Shown: positions 35,596 to 45,906 of the stretch, in pieces
Layout of the letters: each line of letters begins with the position of its first letter
How positions within the stretch are numbered: the first letter of the stretch is position 1
Source: an uncultured Gammaproteobacteria bacterium
Lineage (GTDB): Bacteria; Patescibacteriota; Microgenomatia; UBA1406; GWC2-37-13
Reading direction: 5' to 3'
Length of the DNA: 64,000 nucleotides
Assembly (NCBI GenBank): GCA_964396395.1
Contig: CAYNFC010000007.1
Coordinates: 299-64,298 of the forward strand
The notes under the pieces: generated by a model
What the model saw: only the letters and a program-made list of their open reading frames with translations
Database searches by the model: none
What the model was told of the DNA's origin: nothing
Position numbers and translations under genes: made by a program

Positions 35596-36561
35596 TTATA
35601 AGTAAGCACTTAAATTCTTTTTGATGCGAGATTCGATGGGATATTCAAAGGCTTTGAACTTTTTACCGGTGAGTTTTTCGTAAACTGCGATGTAACGTTG
35701 AGCAACGGCGACGATAAGTTCATTAGCCATTTTTGGTGGGGGGCCGTCACCACGGTAACCACGCTTAACATACCATAACCGCAAAAATTCTTTATCAAAG
35801 TTTTCGGGTTCAAGTCCTTTTTTAAATCGTGATTGATAAGTTTTTGCAATCCAGAAGCGGGAAGAATCAGGAGTATGAATTTCATCGATCAAAGTCAGTT
35901 TACCGTTATAAATTCCAAATTCATACTTAGTATCCACAAGAATCAATCCTTTAGAAAGGCAAAGTTTTGTTCCAAATTTAAATAAAGCCAAAGCCGTTTT
36001 TTCCATTTGTTTATAAAGTTTTTCACTAACAATTTTTTTACCAATTATTTGTTCTCTGGTTAATCTTTCATCATGACCTTTAGCACCAGCTAATGGGTGA
36101 GTAGTTGGAGTGATAACCGGTTCCTTAAGTTTTTGATTCTTCTTTAGTCCATCTGGAAATTTTAATCCATAAATTACCCTTTCACCTTTTTCGTATGATC
36201 CCCAAATAGAAGTATTTGTGACACCAGATATATATCCTCGAACAATCATTTCCACTTGAATCGGCTCACAGTTTTTAGTTACAGAAACGTTTGGATCAGG
36301 AACTTCAATTAGATGATTATCAATAATATGTTTAGTTTTTTTAAACCAAAAAGAGGCTAATTGGTTTAAAACAGCCCCTTTAAAAGGGATATTTCCTAAA
36401 ATAACATCAAAAGCCGATTGACGATCGGTGATAATTAAAATTCTTTTTTTATCCTTAAAATAAATATCTCGGACTTTACCTTGAAGTTTTTTCCCCAAGG
36501 GTAGATTAATAGTTTTTAAAACTTTTGGAAGAGATTCCAGAATCACTTTTTCAGATACCAT
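35596..36561 (-). CDS. purC: phosphoribosylaminoimidazole-succinocarboxamide synthase
   Basis: 321-aa ORF. GKVRDIY, TDRQSAFD, LILVDTKYEFG and DEIHTPDSSRFW are SAICAR synthetase (long form) motifs. Confidence 0.9.
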   Translation of the reverse strand: MVSEKVILESLPKVLKTINLPLGKKLQGKVRDIYFKDKKRILIITDRQSAFDVILGNIPFKGAVLNQLASFWFKKTKHIIDNHLIEVPDPNVSVTKNCEPIQVEMIVRGYISGVTNTSIWGSYEKGERVIYGLKFPDGLKKNQKLKEPVITPTTHPLAGAKGHDERLTREQIIGKKIVSEKLYKQMEKTALALFKFGTKLCLSKGLILVDTKYEFGIYNGKLTLIDEIHTPDSSRFWIAKTYQSRFKKGLEPENFDKEFLRLWYVKRGYRGDGPPPKMANELIVAVAQRYIAVYEKLTGKKFKAFEYPIESRIKKNLSAYL

Positions 36562-36562
36562 A

Positions 36563-37087
36563 TTATTTTTTAATAACTTCTAAATATTTTTTATAACCTA
36601 AAGTTTTTAGTTTTTCTGTTTTGTCTAAAACAGAATTTTTAAGCTTATTACGGTATTCTCTAAGTTTAGTTGCCAATTCTTTGTTAGAAGTTGCCAATAT
36701 TTGAATTGCCAAAAGTGCCGCATTTTTAGCACCATTAATTCCAACGGTCGCCACAGGAATTCCCGGTGGCATTTGGACAATCGAAAGAAGTGAATCCAAA
36801 CCATCTAATGACTTTGATTTTATAGGGACACCGATGACAGGTAGTGGAAACATAGCGGCAATCACACCAGGGAGATGAGCAGCTCCGCCGGCTCCGGCAA
36901 TAATAATTTTTATGCCTTTTCCAACCGCTGACGTGGCATATTCGCGAGTGGCTTCAAATGTCCGGTGAGCTGATAAAACTAAAACTTCGTTTTTAACACC
37001 AAAATCATTCAAAACATCAAGAGCCTCTTTCATGATCGGTAAATCGGAATCACTTCCCATAATGACGGAAACAATTATCTTATTCAT
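36563..37087 (-). CDS. purE: 5-(carboxyamino)imidazole ribonucleotide mutase
   Basis: The start is taken at [17 protein letters not shown] (37087). The 19 extra codons in the ORF track ([11 protein letters not shown]...) are a read-through of the REP-like hairpin. [15 protein letters not shown] and [14 protein letters not shown] are PurE motifs. Confidence 0.9.
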   Translation of the reverse strand: MNKIIVSVIMGSDSDLPIMKEALDVLNDFGVKNEVLVLSAHRTFEATREYATSAVGKGIKIIIAGAGGAAHLPGVIAAMFPLPVIGVPIKSKSLDGLDSLLSIVQMPPGIPVATVGINGAKNAALLAIQILATSNKELATKLREYRNKLKNSVLDKTEKLKTLGYKKYLEVIKK

Positions 37088-37112
37088 ACATAAATTTATA
37101 AATAGTAATTTT

Positions 37113-37144
37113 AATCTGGATTCCCGCCTACGCGGGAATGACAC
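37113..37144. repeat. GC-rich REP-like hairpin element inside the pur operon
   Basis: aatctggATTCCCGCctacGCGGGAATgacac. On the minus strand it supplies the last purB codons (V-I-P-A) and the stop. Confidence 0.8.
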
Positions 37145-38528
37145 GAATAATTTTAACTAATTTTTTTGCCCTTTCTGGTGCGTCACCAATATGGGTTTCA
37201 ACTTCCATTAATTTTTCTAACTGATTTTTATTCAAATATTTACTAACTAATTTGTCTTCCAATAATAGTTTCATCATGGGATTTTCTTTGCCTTTTTGAA
37301 TATCAGCCCAAGCAATCATTGAATTAATCCTTAATACTTCATGCATTTCCTGGCGGTTAGCCCCGTTTTTAACTGCTTCCAAAATTATAGACTCGGAGGC
37401 GGCAAATGATGCATATTGTTTTAAATTAAAACTAATTCTTTCTTTGTTTATAATTAAACTACTAATAATTTTTTCCGCGGTTATTAAAATTTGATCGGTT
37501 GTTAAAAACGCTTCAGCAACAATAATTCTTTTATTGGCTGAATCGTCAAGAGTTCTTTCTAGATAAGAAAGAGAAGCATTTTCACCAGCAACTTGCGGAA
37601 GAGTGGCAACGAAGCGGGCGAGAGAACAGATATTCTCACTGCTGATCGGATTTTTTTTGAAAGGCATTGCCGAACTGCCCACTTGTTTTTTTCCAAAAGA
37701 CTCAGACCATTCGCCATAAAGAGGAGATTGTAGAATCCGCAAATCTCCGGCAAATTTAGAAAGAGCAGATGTAACCATTACTAAACTATTTAAAACAATA
37801 AAATCATATAAACGGGGATAGACTTGACCACTGATTAGAGAAGCATCAATTCCTAAACTTTTCATCACTTTAGTTTCCAGTTGATCAACAGATACTGACT
37901 TATCTTTTAATAATTCTTTATAACTTGCCGCAGTTCCAACCGCTCCTTTCATTCCCTTTCCCTTAATAGTTTTTTTAACGAACTGAATAAATTCGTAGGC
38001 GGTCAATAAATCCTGAGCATAAAAAGCTAAACGATAGCCGACGGTTGTTGGTTCGGCCGGTTGCAAATGAGTGTAGCCTAAGCAAGGAAAATCTGAGTAC
38101 TCATCAATTTTATCAGCCAGTAAATTTAGAATAACAACAACTTTTTTTTCAATAATTTCCAGCGCTTCCTGAACCCTGACCATATCGGCATTATCAACGA
38201 TGTCCATACTAGTTGCTCCCAGATGAATTTTTCCGCCACCGACCTTTGCTTTTTCGGCAAATTCTTTGATTGCCGCCACGACATCATGTTTGGTATCCTT
38301 TTCCAATTCAAAAATTTTTTCAATATCGATATCTTTTTCATTTTTTTTCAAATCTTCTAATTCTTCTTTGCTAACCAAACCAGCTTGATACTGAGCTTCA
38401 GCTATTGCAACCCAAATTTTTCGCCAAAGTTCGTATTTATGTTTTTCGCTGAAAATTTTTCTCATTTCGGGAGAGCCGTAGCGCCAGGTAAGAGGAGATA
38501 GATAGGTGGAGAAATCAAAGTTTTTCAT
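37128..38528 (-). CDS. purB: adenylosuccinate lyase
   Basis: 466-aa [13 protein letters not shown], the [10 protein letters not shown]-type motif [11 protein letters not shown], and the signature [11 protein letters not shown]. Confidence 0.9.
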   Translation of the reverse strand: MKNFDFSTYLSPLTWRYGSPEMRKIFSEKHKYELWRKIWVAIAEAQYQAGLVSKEELEDLKKNEKDIDIEKIFELEKDTKHDVVAAIKEFAEKAKVGGGKIHLGATSMDIVDNADMVRVQEALEIIEKKVVVILNLLADKIDEYSDFPCLGYTHLQPAEPTTVGYRLAFYAQDLLTAYEFIQFVKKTIKGKGMKGAVGTAASYKELLKDKSVSVDQLETKVMKSLGIDASLISGQVYPRLYDFIVLNSLVMVTSALSKFAGDLRILQSPLYGEWSESFGKKQVGSSAMPFKKNPISSENICSLARFVATLPQVAGENASLSYLERTLDDSANKRIIVAEAFLTTDQILITAEKIISSLIINKERISFNLKQYASFAASESIILEAVKNGANRQEMHEVLRINSMIAWADIQKGKENPMMKLLLEDKLVSKYLNKNQLEKLMEVETHIGDAPERAKKLVKIIRVIPA

Positions 38529-38533
38529 AAAGC

Positions 38534-39655
38534 TTACGTTAATATTTTATCAAAATTTTTTAATTTTATCGCCTCTTTTATTTCCATCGCTACCCTTTGA
38601 CCAACTGACATATGTTGTCCGTAAAGATAATTTCCGTATGGAGTTGAAGAAATTCCAGGTGATCCGGGCATGCGGGGAGAAATATCAATAACAACAATAT
38701 CTTTTTTCGGCGGGCCGGCAGTAATAATACTTTGTAAAGCGAACGGTCCGATGATTCCCGGAGAAAATAATTCCCGACTGGTTTTAACAAATCTTTCTCC
38801 CAGATCATATGCTTTTTCCAACATAGATTCAAGGACGGTGACGGCAATGTGACCGGCCTCTTCATATTTAATATTAATTTTTTTGGAAACCTCAATTTGA
38901 TAAGAAGCAGGAATTCTCAGCAAACCCTCGATATTAGTTTGTCTGCGCATATCGGTCCCAAGTAGTTCTAGACGATTGGAAATTGGAGAGTAAAAAAAGT
39001 TAAAATTAACCTGAACCCCGATGACAAATTCTTCGATAACAGCTTGTTTGATCTGTTCTTCAGTAAAAACTCCTTGTTTTAGTTTTTCTTCAACCTGTTT
39101 TTTATAATCATGATAATTTTCGGCTAAAAAGAAGGCTCTTTCAAAGACACGTTTTTTTTCCTGAACTTTGATCAAACATAAACGGTCGATTTCTTTTGGA
39201 TTCTTAAACTGTTTAGGATATTTTATCCCCGATTTTTCCAAAAGATAATATTGATTTTCAGCCCGGCCTCTTTCTTCAATCTTCAGAAGCTTCCTATTAC
39301 CAAACATAGGAATATTAAAATCATTTTCTATTGCTTCATAATCAAAATTTAAATAAGCTTCAAAAGAACGATTGGGAACAAAAACTGAATTTTTATCCAA
39401 CAATTTCTTTTGAACTTCCGGTTTCAATAAATCAGAAAATTTATTAAGAGTCAAGGTTTCATCAACACAACCTAAATTGCCTTGAGTTTTATAATATTTT
39501 TCGTAAGTTTTTTCCCGGCCTTTTTCGGTCACAACCAAAGTTTTAAAACCAAGATTTTTAGCACCGCGGCAAACATCAAGAGCGCTATGAGAGCCGAGAG
39601 TAGCAATCATTAATTTTTTTAAGTTATATTGTTTTAGTGTTGATGAAATATTCAT
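38534..39655 (-). CDS. purP: archaeal-type formate-dependent FAICAR synthetase (PurP family), paralog 1
   Basis: 373-aa ORF. IATLGSHSALDVCRGAKNLGFKT and the ATP-grasp C-terminal half match the PurP (DUF1246/DUF1297) pattern. Confidence 0.75.
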   Translation of the reverse strand: MNISSTLKQYNLKKLMIATLGSHSALDVCRGAKNLGFKTLVVTEKGREKTYEKYYKTQGNLGCVDETLTLNKFSDLLKPEVQKKLLDKNSVFVPNRSFEAYLNFDYEAIENDFNIPMFGNRKLLKIEERGRAENQYYLLEKSGIKYPKQFKNPKEIDRLCLIKVQEKKRVFERAFFLAENYHDYKKQVEEKLKQGVFTEEQIKQAVIEEFVIGVQVNFNFFYSPISNRLELLGTDMRRQTNIEGLLRIPASYQIEVSKKINIKYEEAGHIAVTVLESMLEKAYDLGERFVKTSRELFSPGIIGPFALQSIITAGPPKKDIVVIDISPRMPGSPGISSTPYGNYLYGQHMSVGQRVAMEIKEAIKLKNFDKILT

Positions 39656-39824
39656 AAGTTTTAAGCTCGGTATCGAAAATTTTTTGACGGAAGAAATTAA
39701 ACCGCAAAAAATTTGATACTTTCGCTTAACACAATTTACTAAAAGCGCAGATACCTATTTTTGAGACAATCGCTTGGGGCCCCTTTGGGGTGAAGCGGTC
39801 GAAAAAATACAGTATCAAGCTTTT
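39656..39824 (-). other. structured intergenic spacer with terminal inverted repeats and GC-rich hairpin
   Basis: The ends are imperfectly complementary (aagctcggtatcgaaaattttttgac / gtcgaaaaaatacagtatcaagctt). The internal hairpin cgcttGGGGcccctttGGGGtgaagcg stands out in AT-rich DNA. Confidence 0.4.
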
Positions 39825-40823
39825 TTAATCCAATATTTGTTCTAACCTATTTTCTTTAATTGCATTTTTAATTTCTCTGGCGATTCTTCGGCCTGTGCTC
39901 ATTGGTTCATTATAAAGTAAATCCGTGTATGGTGAACCTTCAATGAATAAGTTTGTTCCGGCAACGATTCGGGTTGAGATTTCAATCACATAAAATTTTT
40001 GATCGGGGGTAATTATTGTTTCCAGACAAAATGGACCAAATAATCCTTGAGGGCTTATTAATTCTTGAGATTTTTTGATGACTTTTTCTCCCATTTCATA
40101 AGCTTCCGGCAACATTGATTCTCTAAGTACTAAAGGACTATTTCCAACAACCACATAACTTGGATCAACATTAAATGGAATTCTTCCGAGGGAATCAACA
40201 TTAGTTTCATATCTTCGATCCATACTTAGAATTTCCAAAGTTTTTGTCAGCGGTGAATAAAAGTAATGAATATAAAGAGGAACACCAATAATGTATTGTT
40301 GAATAATAAATTGTTGCTTGTTAAAAAGTTTTATTTTCTCAGTCAAATCTTGTTTGTTATTAACGAGAAAATAACCTTTTCCTCCAGCAGCTCCGAATGA
40401 TTTTATAATTACTGGAAATTCAATATTTCCAATATTTTTAAATTTTTTAGGTGTATTTATTCCGGATTTTTTTAGCCAGTCTCCTTGTTTAATTCGATCA
40501 AACTCGAAGTCAAAAACTTTTTTATTGCCAAAATAAGGAAGAGTCATTTTTTTATTTCCTTCCATTCCGAGATAGGCAACAAAAGATCCATGAGGAATGA
40601 CGATAATTTTTTTATCTTTTAACTTTTTTTCAATTTCCGGAAATTCTGAAAACGTGTTAACGCAAATAATTTCATCAATAAAAGAAAACCTTTGGTAAAA
40701 AGAAACATGTTTTTTTAAAGCAATTACTAAAGTTTTAAATCCTTCATCGCGAGCTCCTTTTAAAATCTGAAGGGCCGAATGGCTGCCAAGAGTAGTGATG
40801 GTATATTGGTTATTATTTATCAT
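39825..40823 (-). CDS. purP: PurP family protein, paralog 2
   Basis: 332-aa ORF. ITTLGSHSALQILKGARDEGFKT, with the same architecture as 38534-39655. Confidence 0.75.
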   Translation of the reverse strand: MINNNQYTITTLGSHSALQILKGARDEGFKTLVIALKKHVSFYQRFSFIDEIICVNTFSEFPEIEKKLKDKKIIVIPHGSFVAYLGMEGNKKMTLPYFGNKKVFDFEFDRIKQGDWLKKSGINTPKKFKNIGNIEFPVIIKSFGAAGGKGYFLVNNKQDLTEKIKLFNKQQFIIQQYIIGVPLYIHYFYSPLTKTLEILSMDRRYETNVDSLGRIPFNVDPSYVVVGNSPLVLRESMLPEAYEMGEKVIKKSQELISPQGLFGPFCLETIITPDQKFYVIEISTRIVAGTNLFIEGSPYTDLLYNEPMSTGRRIAREIKNAIKENRLEQILD

Positions 40824-41623
40824 AACTTAAAATAGTTTACCCCATTTTTGAAAATTTGTAATCCTGGTCCGAATTTCGGAAGTTTTTCTTTGCCCGCCGA
40901 AGCTTTAGCGGAGGCGGGTCCTTCCCGTAAATATTTTTCTTTAAGATAAGGCCAATCGGGCAGTTGTGTAAAAAACATCGCCCGTTCCGGATGGGGCATT
41001 AGGCCAAAAATCCTTTTACTTTCATCAGTAATACCGGCGATATTTTCCAAAGTTCCGGTTGGGTTAATATTTAAATATTTTAAAGCAACTAAATTTTTTT
41101 TATTTATCTCTTTTAACACTTCTTTGTTAGCAAAAAACTTACCTTCACCATGGGCGATTGGCAGAGAAATTTTTTTGATTCCATTTAACCAAGGAGTATC
41201 GCTAATGACTTTTAGATCAAACCAGCCGGTTGTGTATTTTGCAGAATCGTTTGATAAAAGGGCTGTCTGACGTTCACCGTATTTCTTATTTAGGGCAGGC
41301 ACTAATCCCAAATTAACCAGAACTTGAAAGCCGTTACAGATCCCAACAACAAGCTTATCTTTGATCACAAACCTTAAAATATTTTCCCAAAGATGATTTT
41401 TTAATTTTAAACCATAAGCGTTTCCGGCGCCAGTATCGTCACCATAAGCAAACCCGCCAGGAATGGCCATTATTTGAAAATCGTTAAGTAAGTTTTTATT
41501 TTTTATTAGATCGTTAATATGAACAATCTGACCTTGGCCTCCGGCCAGTTCAAAGGCGTATTTTGTTTCGTCTTCACAGTTCAAGCCGTATCCGGATAAG
41601 ATTAAGATCTTAGGTTTAATCAT
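40820..41623 (-). CDS. purQ: phosphoribosylformylglycinamidine synthase, glutaminase subunit
   Basis: 267-aa ORF. ILILSGYGLNCEDE, GGFAYGD, GICNGFQ (nucleophile Cys) and MPHPER. Confidence 0.9.
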   Translation of the reverse strand: MIKPKILILSGYGLNCEDETKYAFELAGGQGQIVHINDLIKNKNLLNDFQIMAIPGGFAYGDDTGAGNAYGLKLKNHLWENILRFVIKDKLVVGICNGFQVLVNLGLVPALNKKYGERQTALLSNDSAKYTTGWFDLKVISDTPWLNGIKKISLPIAHGEGKFFANKEVLKEINKKNLVALKYLNINPTGTLENIAGITDESKRIFGLMPHPERAMFFTQLPDWPYLKEKYLREGPASAKASAGKEKLPKFGPGLQIFKNGVNYFKL

Positions 41624-41740
41624 AGTTAATAATTTAGAATGTCAAAGCTCGCCACTGAATTTTATTTCTCCGTGGGAACCCTCCCCAAGGGAGCTCCCAA
41701 GTCGAAAAAAATTAAGCGTCTCGCTTTTGCTATCTTTAAT
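41624..41740 (-). other. structured intergenic spacer (purL-purQ) related to 39656-39824
   Basis: It shares the gtcgaaaaaa(a)t..a.g..tc..gctttt end and has a GC-rich hairpin (gggaaccCTCCCcaaGGGAGctccc). The ends aaagctcgccactgaatttta / taatttttttcgac..gcgagacgctt are imperfectly inverted. Confidence 0.35.
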
Positions 41741-44623
41741 TTAATAATTTTTAAACACTGACTTATAAGCTTTTTCAATTTTTTTTAAACTTAAATTGAT
41801 AATAATCTCATTCTCTAATCCATTAATTATTAACTGTTGATTATTTATTATCTGGCCGATTTGCTTGATCGGATTTCCCTTCATAATTTTTCCAAACTCT
41901 CTTTTATTTTGAGGATTAATGGTTGCTAATATTCTTCCTTGGCTTTCAGAAAATAAAGCAAAGTCATTTCGTGAAACTTGACCCGGTAATTTATCAAGTG
42001 AAACTTCAACTCCTAATTTTCCAGCTAAAGCTGTTTTTGTTAAAGCGACCCCTAACCCTCCTCGAGTAATACTAATTGCTGAAGAAATTAATTGTTTTTG
42101 GCTGGCTTTATAAAAATTTTGGTAAAGTTTTTTGTTTCTTTGAGCTTCAACTTTGGGGATATTATTTCCGATAGATTCATTCATGGCAAAATATTCTGAT
42201 CCACCCAGCTCATCTTTTGTTTCACCAAGAATATAAACTAAATCCCCGGGAAACTTAATATCTATTGAAATCGTTTTAAAAACATCCTCAATTAATCCAA
42301 TAGAAGAAATTAAAAGCGTTGGTGGAACTGATATTTTTATTGGGTTACCTTTTTCATCATAACCTTTAAAATCATTAAACATACTGTCTTTTCCGGAGAT
42401 GTAGGGAGTTTCATAAATTTTAGCAAAATCATAACAGGCCTCCGCCGCTTTTTTTAACTGATAAAGTCTTTGCGGATCATTAGAACTGCACCAACAGAAA
42501 TTATCAAGTAGGGCAATTTTATCAATATCAACTCCTGAGGCAACTAAGTTTCTAATGGCTGTATCAATACTGGCACCCGCCATTTGGTAACAATCAATTT
42601 CACTGTAAGAAGGATAAAGTCCTTGTGATATGGCAACAGCGTGGAGAGAATTAAAAATTGGTTTTACAACTGAGATTTCACCATTAACTTTCCCTTTTCC
42701 TTGTAATGGTTTAATCACGGAATTAGCTTGTACCTCATGATCGTATTGTTTGGAAATAAATTCAAAACCGGTAATATTTAATCTTTGCATCATCAACAGT
42801 AAAACATCGTTAAGATTTTTTTGTTGAGGAATAACCGGTTCTTTGAACATTGATTTTATTGGAGTTGTCTTCATCGGACGGACCGGCAAACCATTATGGA
42901 GAAATTCCATATCTATATTCATAATTGTTTTTTTATGATAATTAACAATACAGCGGCCGCTATCATTAAACTCGCCGATGATAGTTGCCTCAACGTCGCG
43001 GCTATTCATTAACTTTGAAAATTTTAACCATTTATTTTTTGGCACCGCCAAAGTCATTCTTTCCTGCGATTCAGATACCCAAATTTTCCAGGGTTCAAGT
43101 CCGGGATATTTTAAAGGTACTTTTTCCAGATTAACCAAACAACCTTTGGATTCTTTAGCCATTTCGGCGACCGAACAGGAAATACCTCCGGCCCCGTTAT
43201 CAGTAATACTATTATAAAGTTTTTGGTCTCGGGCTTCCTTGACGATCGCATCGCTTAATTTTTTTTGGGTAATCGGATCACCAATCTGAACAGCCCCGGC
43301 CGGACTACCGAAAGACAGAGCTTCCGAAGAAAAAGTAGCTCCATGAATTCCATCCTGGCCAACCCGGCCACCGATGATAACAATATAATCACCGGGTTTG
43401 GCTTTTTTTACAACGGAAGATTTTATCGGCAAGAGTCCTATTGTCCCTACAAAAACTAAAGGTTTACCTTGATATTTATTGTCAAAATATAAAAATCCCT
43501 GAGGGGTTGGGATACCCGAACAGTTACCGCCGGAATTTACACCGGTCACCACCCCATCTAAAATCCGGCGGGGGGAGAGAAGCGGTTGTTTTTTTTCTTG
43601 ATCGCGAAAAAGGGGAGAATTTAAATTTGGATTGGCAAAACAAAATCCATAAAAATTAACTATCGGTTTGGCACCCATATCAAATCCAATCGCGTCTCGG
43701 TTAACACCAACAATTCCGGTGATAGCACCGCCAAACGGATCAAGAGCTGACGGGCTATTATGAGTCTCAACTTTATGTGAAATTATATAATCTTTATCAA
43801 ATTTAATAGCTCCTGAATTGTCTGTAAAGACAGAAGTACAAAAATCCTGATTGCCCTTTTTCTTTCTAATTTCTTCGGTAGCCTTTTTAATATATGTTTT
43901 AAATAATCCATCTTTAATTTCATCAATCGGGTCGGCAAAAATTGCATGATGGCAATGTTCAGACCAAGTTTGAGCAATTGCCTCAAGTTCAATATCGGTT
44001 GAATTTCTTCCTAATTTTTTGAAGTAATTTTTTATCGTTTTCATATAAATTAAATCAAGCGCTAAAGGTCCACGACTCGAACCGTCTTGATTTTTTATTC
44101 CTGATTTACCGATAGCGGTTAGTTCTTCATCAGAAATATTTAGATCAACCGTATCAACTTGGTTGGCAGACAATAACTTTACTTGAGGAGCAATTTTATC
44201 CATTCCGTTATCTTTTATATATTGTTGTTTGTTTTTAAAATGAACCCGCTGGATAAGAGGATTAATTAATTCCTGACTAATTTTTATAACATCTTTTTCG
44301 TTTATTTTTCCATTAATCAAAAGTAACCGAGAAGTGAAAACTCCTTCGTCACCAATGAATTTTATTTTTAACTGGTCCTTGATAATTTCCTTGACGGTAT
44401 TAGCAACATTATCAGTGACTCCCGGTAAAAAACCGGTTTCAACTCCCCAGGAAAATTTATTAACCAAAGTTGGTTGGTTAATGGTAAAGTTTTGATAAAC
44501 AGGATTTGTTAAAGATAAAGCTATTTGTTTCAACTGATTTTTATTGAGATTTTTTACAATTGTATAAACATTGATGGCCTGGGTATTAGAAATTTTTGAG
44601 GAAACCTCAATTCGGTTAATCAT
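41741..44623 (-). CDS. purL: phosphoribosylformylglycinamidine synthase subunit PurL with about 210-aa N-terminal extension
   Basis: The start is taken at ATG 44623 (MINRIEV), forming an ATGATTAA overlap with the purD stop. The ORF track extends to 44704. AQTWSEHCHH, DNGAGG and paired AIRS domains are present. No separate purS was seen, so the extension may be PurS-like. Confidence 0.85.
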   Translation of the reverse strand: MINRIEVSSKISNTQAINVYTIVKNLNKNQLKQIALSLTNPVYQNFTINQPTLVNKFSWGVETGFLPGVTDNVANTVKEIIKDQLKIKFIGDEGVFTSRLLLINGKINEKDVIKISQELINPLIQRVHFKNKQQYIKDNGMDKIAPQVKLLSANQVDTVDLNISDEELTAIGKSGIKNQDGSSRGPLALDLIYMKTIKNYFKKLGRNSTDIELEAIAQTWSEHCHHAIFADPIDEIKDGLFKTYIKKATEEIRKKKGNQDFCTSVFTDNSGAIKFDKDYIISHKVETHNSPSALDPFGGAITGIVGVNRDAIGFDMGAKPIVNFYGFCFANPNLNSPLFRDQEKKQPLLSPRRILDGVVTGVNSGGNCSGIPTPQGFLYFDNKYQGKPLVFVGTIGLLPIKSSVVKKAKPGDYIVIIGGRVGQDGIHGATFSSEALSFGSPAGAVQIGDPITQKKLSDAIVKEARDQKLYNSITDNGAGGISCSVAEMAKESKGCLVNLEKVPLKYPGLEPWKIWVSESQERMTLAVPKNKWLKFSKLMNSRDVEATIIGEFNDSGRCIVNYHKKTIMNIDMEFLHNGLPVRPMKTTPIKSMFKEPVIPQQKNLNDVLLLMMQRLNITGFEFISKQYDHEVQANSVIKPLQGKGKVNGEISVVKPIFNSLHAVAISQGLYPSYSEIDCYQMAGASIDTAIRNLVASGVDIDKIALLDNFCWCSSNDPQRLYQLKKAAEACYDFAKIYETPYISGKDSMFNDFKGYDEKGNPIKISVPPTLLISSIGLIEDVFKTISIDIKFPGDLVYILGETKDELGGSEYFAMNESIGNNIPKVEAQRNKKLYQNFYKASQKQLISSAISITRGGLGVALTKTALAGKLGVEVSLDKLPGQVSRNDFALFSESQGRILATINPQNKREFGKIMKGNPIKQIGQIINNQQLIINGLENEIIINLSLKKIEKAYKSVFKNY

Positions 44624-45905
44624 ATTTATCGCCAAATAATAATCCTTTTCTCCCAATATCACGTCGGTATTGCATACCTTTAAAATGAACAGCTTTTTTT
44701 CCAATATATTGGTAAGCTTTTTTGATAGTTTCTTCTAGGGCTGATCCTGTTGCGGTAACGGACAAAACCCGACCACTATTGGTAACAATTTTTTTATCTA
44801 CTTCTTTGGTACCGGCGTGAAAAACTTGAATATCTTTATCATTAACTTTATCTAATCCGATTATCTGATCTCCTTTTTTATATTCTCCTGGGTAACCCGC
44901 GGATGTGAGAACCACGCCAACAGAAAAACCTTTTTTGAAAACTAACCCCTTCTTTTTTAACTGTTTTTTTTGTTGGGCGAGAAAAATTTCGACTAAATCG
45001 GATTCAAGGCTCATCATCAAGGGTTGGGTTTCCGGATCCCCAAAACGACAGTTATATTCCAGAACCTTTGGTCCTTCGCGAGTCAAGATTAAACCTGGGT
45101 AAAGAATCCCTTGATAAAGACAACCTTCTTTTGCCATTCCTTTAATTGTTGGAGCAACAATTTCCTTTTCAATCTGCTTAATAAGTTTTCCATCAACAAA
45201 AGGAACCGGTGTATAAGCCCCCATACCTCCGGTATTGGGACCCCGGTCACTGTCAAGAAGTCTTTTATGATCCTGAGAGGTTGAAAAAGATTGAAAATCT
45301 TTTCCATCAGTAATAACCATAAAAGAAATTTCCTGACCATAAAGACACTCTTCAATAATTATTTTTTCCCCGGACTTTCCAAAAATTTTATCAATGATTA
45401 ATTGTTTTAAAAATATCTCAGCTTCCTTTTTACTTTTACAAACAGCCACTCCTTTTCCTAGACAAAGACCATCGGCTTTAATAACGACGGGATATTTAGT
45501 ATGTTCCAAATGTTTTTTAGCTTGATCAAAATTATCAAAAGAATAATACTGAGCGGTTGGAATTTTATATTTTTTCATTAATTGTTTGGCAAAAATTTTA
45601 GAACTTTCGATTTGGCTGGCACATTTTGAAGGGCCGATAATTTTGAGACTTTCTTTTCTAAAAACATCAGCAATTCCTAAAGTTAAAGGAATTTCCGGGC
45701 CAACGACCGTTAGATCAATTTTATTTTCCTTAGTGAATTTTAATAATTTATTAATATCAGTTATCTCAATTGAAACGTTTTCTCCAATTTTTTTTGTACC
45801 GGGATTGCCGGGGGCAAAATAAATTTTGGTTACAAGAGGAGACTGTTTAATTTTCCAACCCAACGCATGTTCTCGTCCTCCGGAACCAATAATTAAGATT
45901 TTCAT
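44616..45905 (-). CDS. purD: phosphoribosylamine--glycine ligase
   Basis: 429-aa ORF. KILIIGSGGREHAL, ATP-grasp motifs and GGMGAYTP. Confidence 0.95.
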   Translation of the reverse strand: MKILIIGSGGREHALGWKIKQSPLVTKIYFAPGNPGTKKIGENVSIEITDINKLLKFTKENKIDLTVVGPEIPLTLGIADVFRKESLKIIGPSKCASQIESSKIFAKQLMKKYKIPTAQYYSFDNFDQAKKHLEHTKYPVVIKADGLCLGKGVAVCKSKKEAEIFLKQLIIDKIFGKSGEKIIIEECLYGQEISFMVITDGKDFQSFSTSQDHKRLLDSDRGPNTGGMGAYTPVPFVDGKLIKQIEKEIVAPTIKGMAKEGCLYQGILYPGLILTREGPKVLEYNCRFGDPETQPLMMSLESDLVEIFLAQQKKQLKKKGLVFKKGFSVGVVLTSAGYPGEYKKGDQIIGLDKVNDKDIQVFHAGTKEVDKKIVTNSGRVLSVTATGSALEETIKKAYQYIGKKAVHFKGMQYRRDIGRKGLLFGDKYD

Positions 45906-45906
45906 A

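Noticed and set aside
37088-37144. N-terminal extension [19 protein letters not shown] on purE in the ORF track.
   Set aside because: The extension is a translation of the REP-like GC hairpin. The canonical PurE N-terminus ([17 protein letters not shown]) starts at 37087.
44624-44704. Longer purL N-terminus (MEKKLFILKV...) overlapping purD by 89 nt.
   Set aside because: The internal ATG at 44623 gives the typical ATGATTAA stop-start overlap with purD. The extra 27 codons have no PurL similarity.
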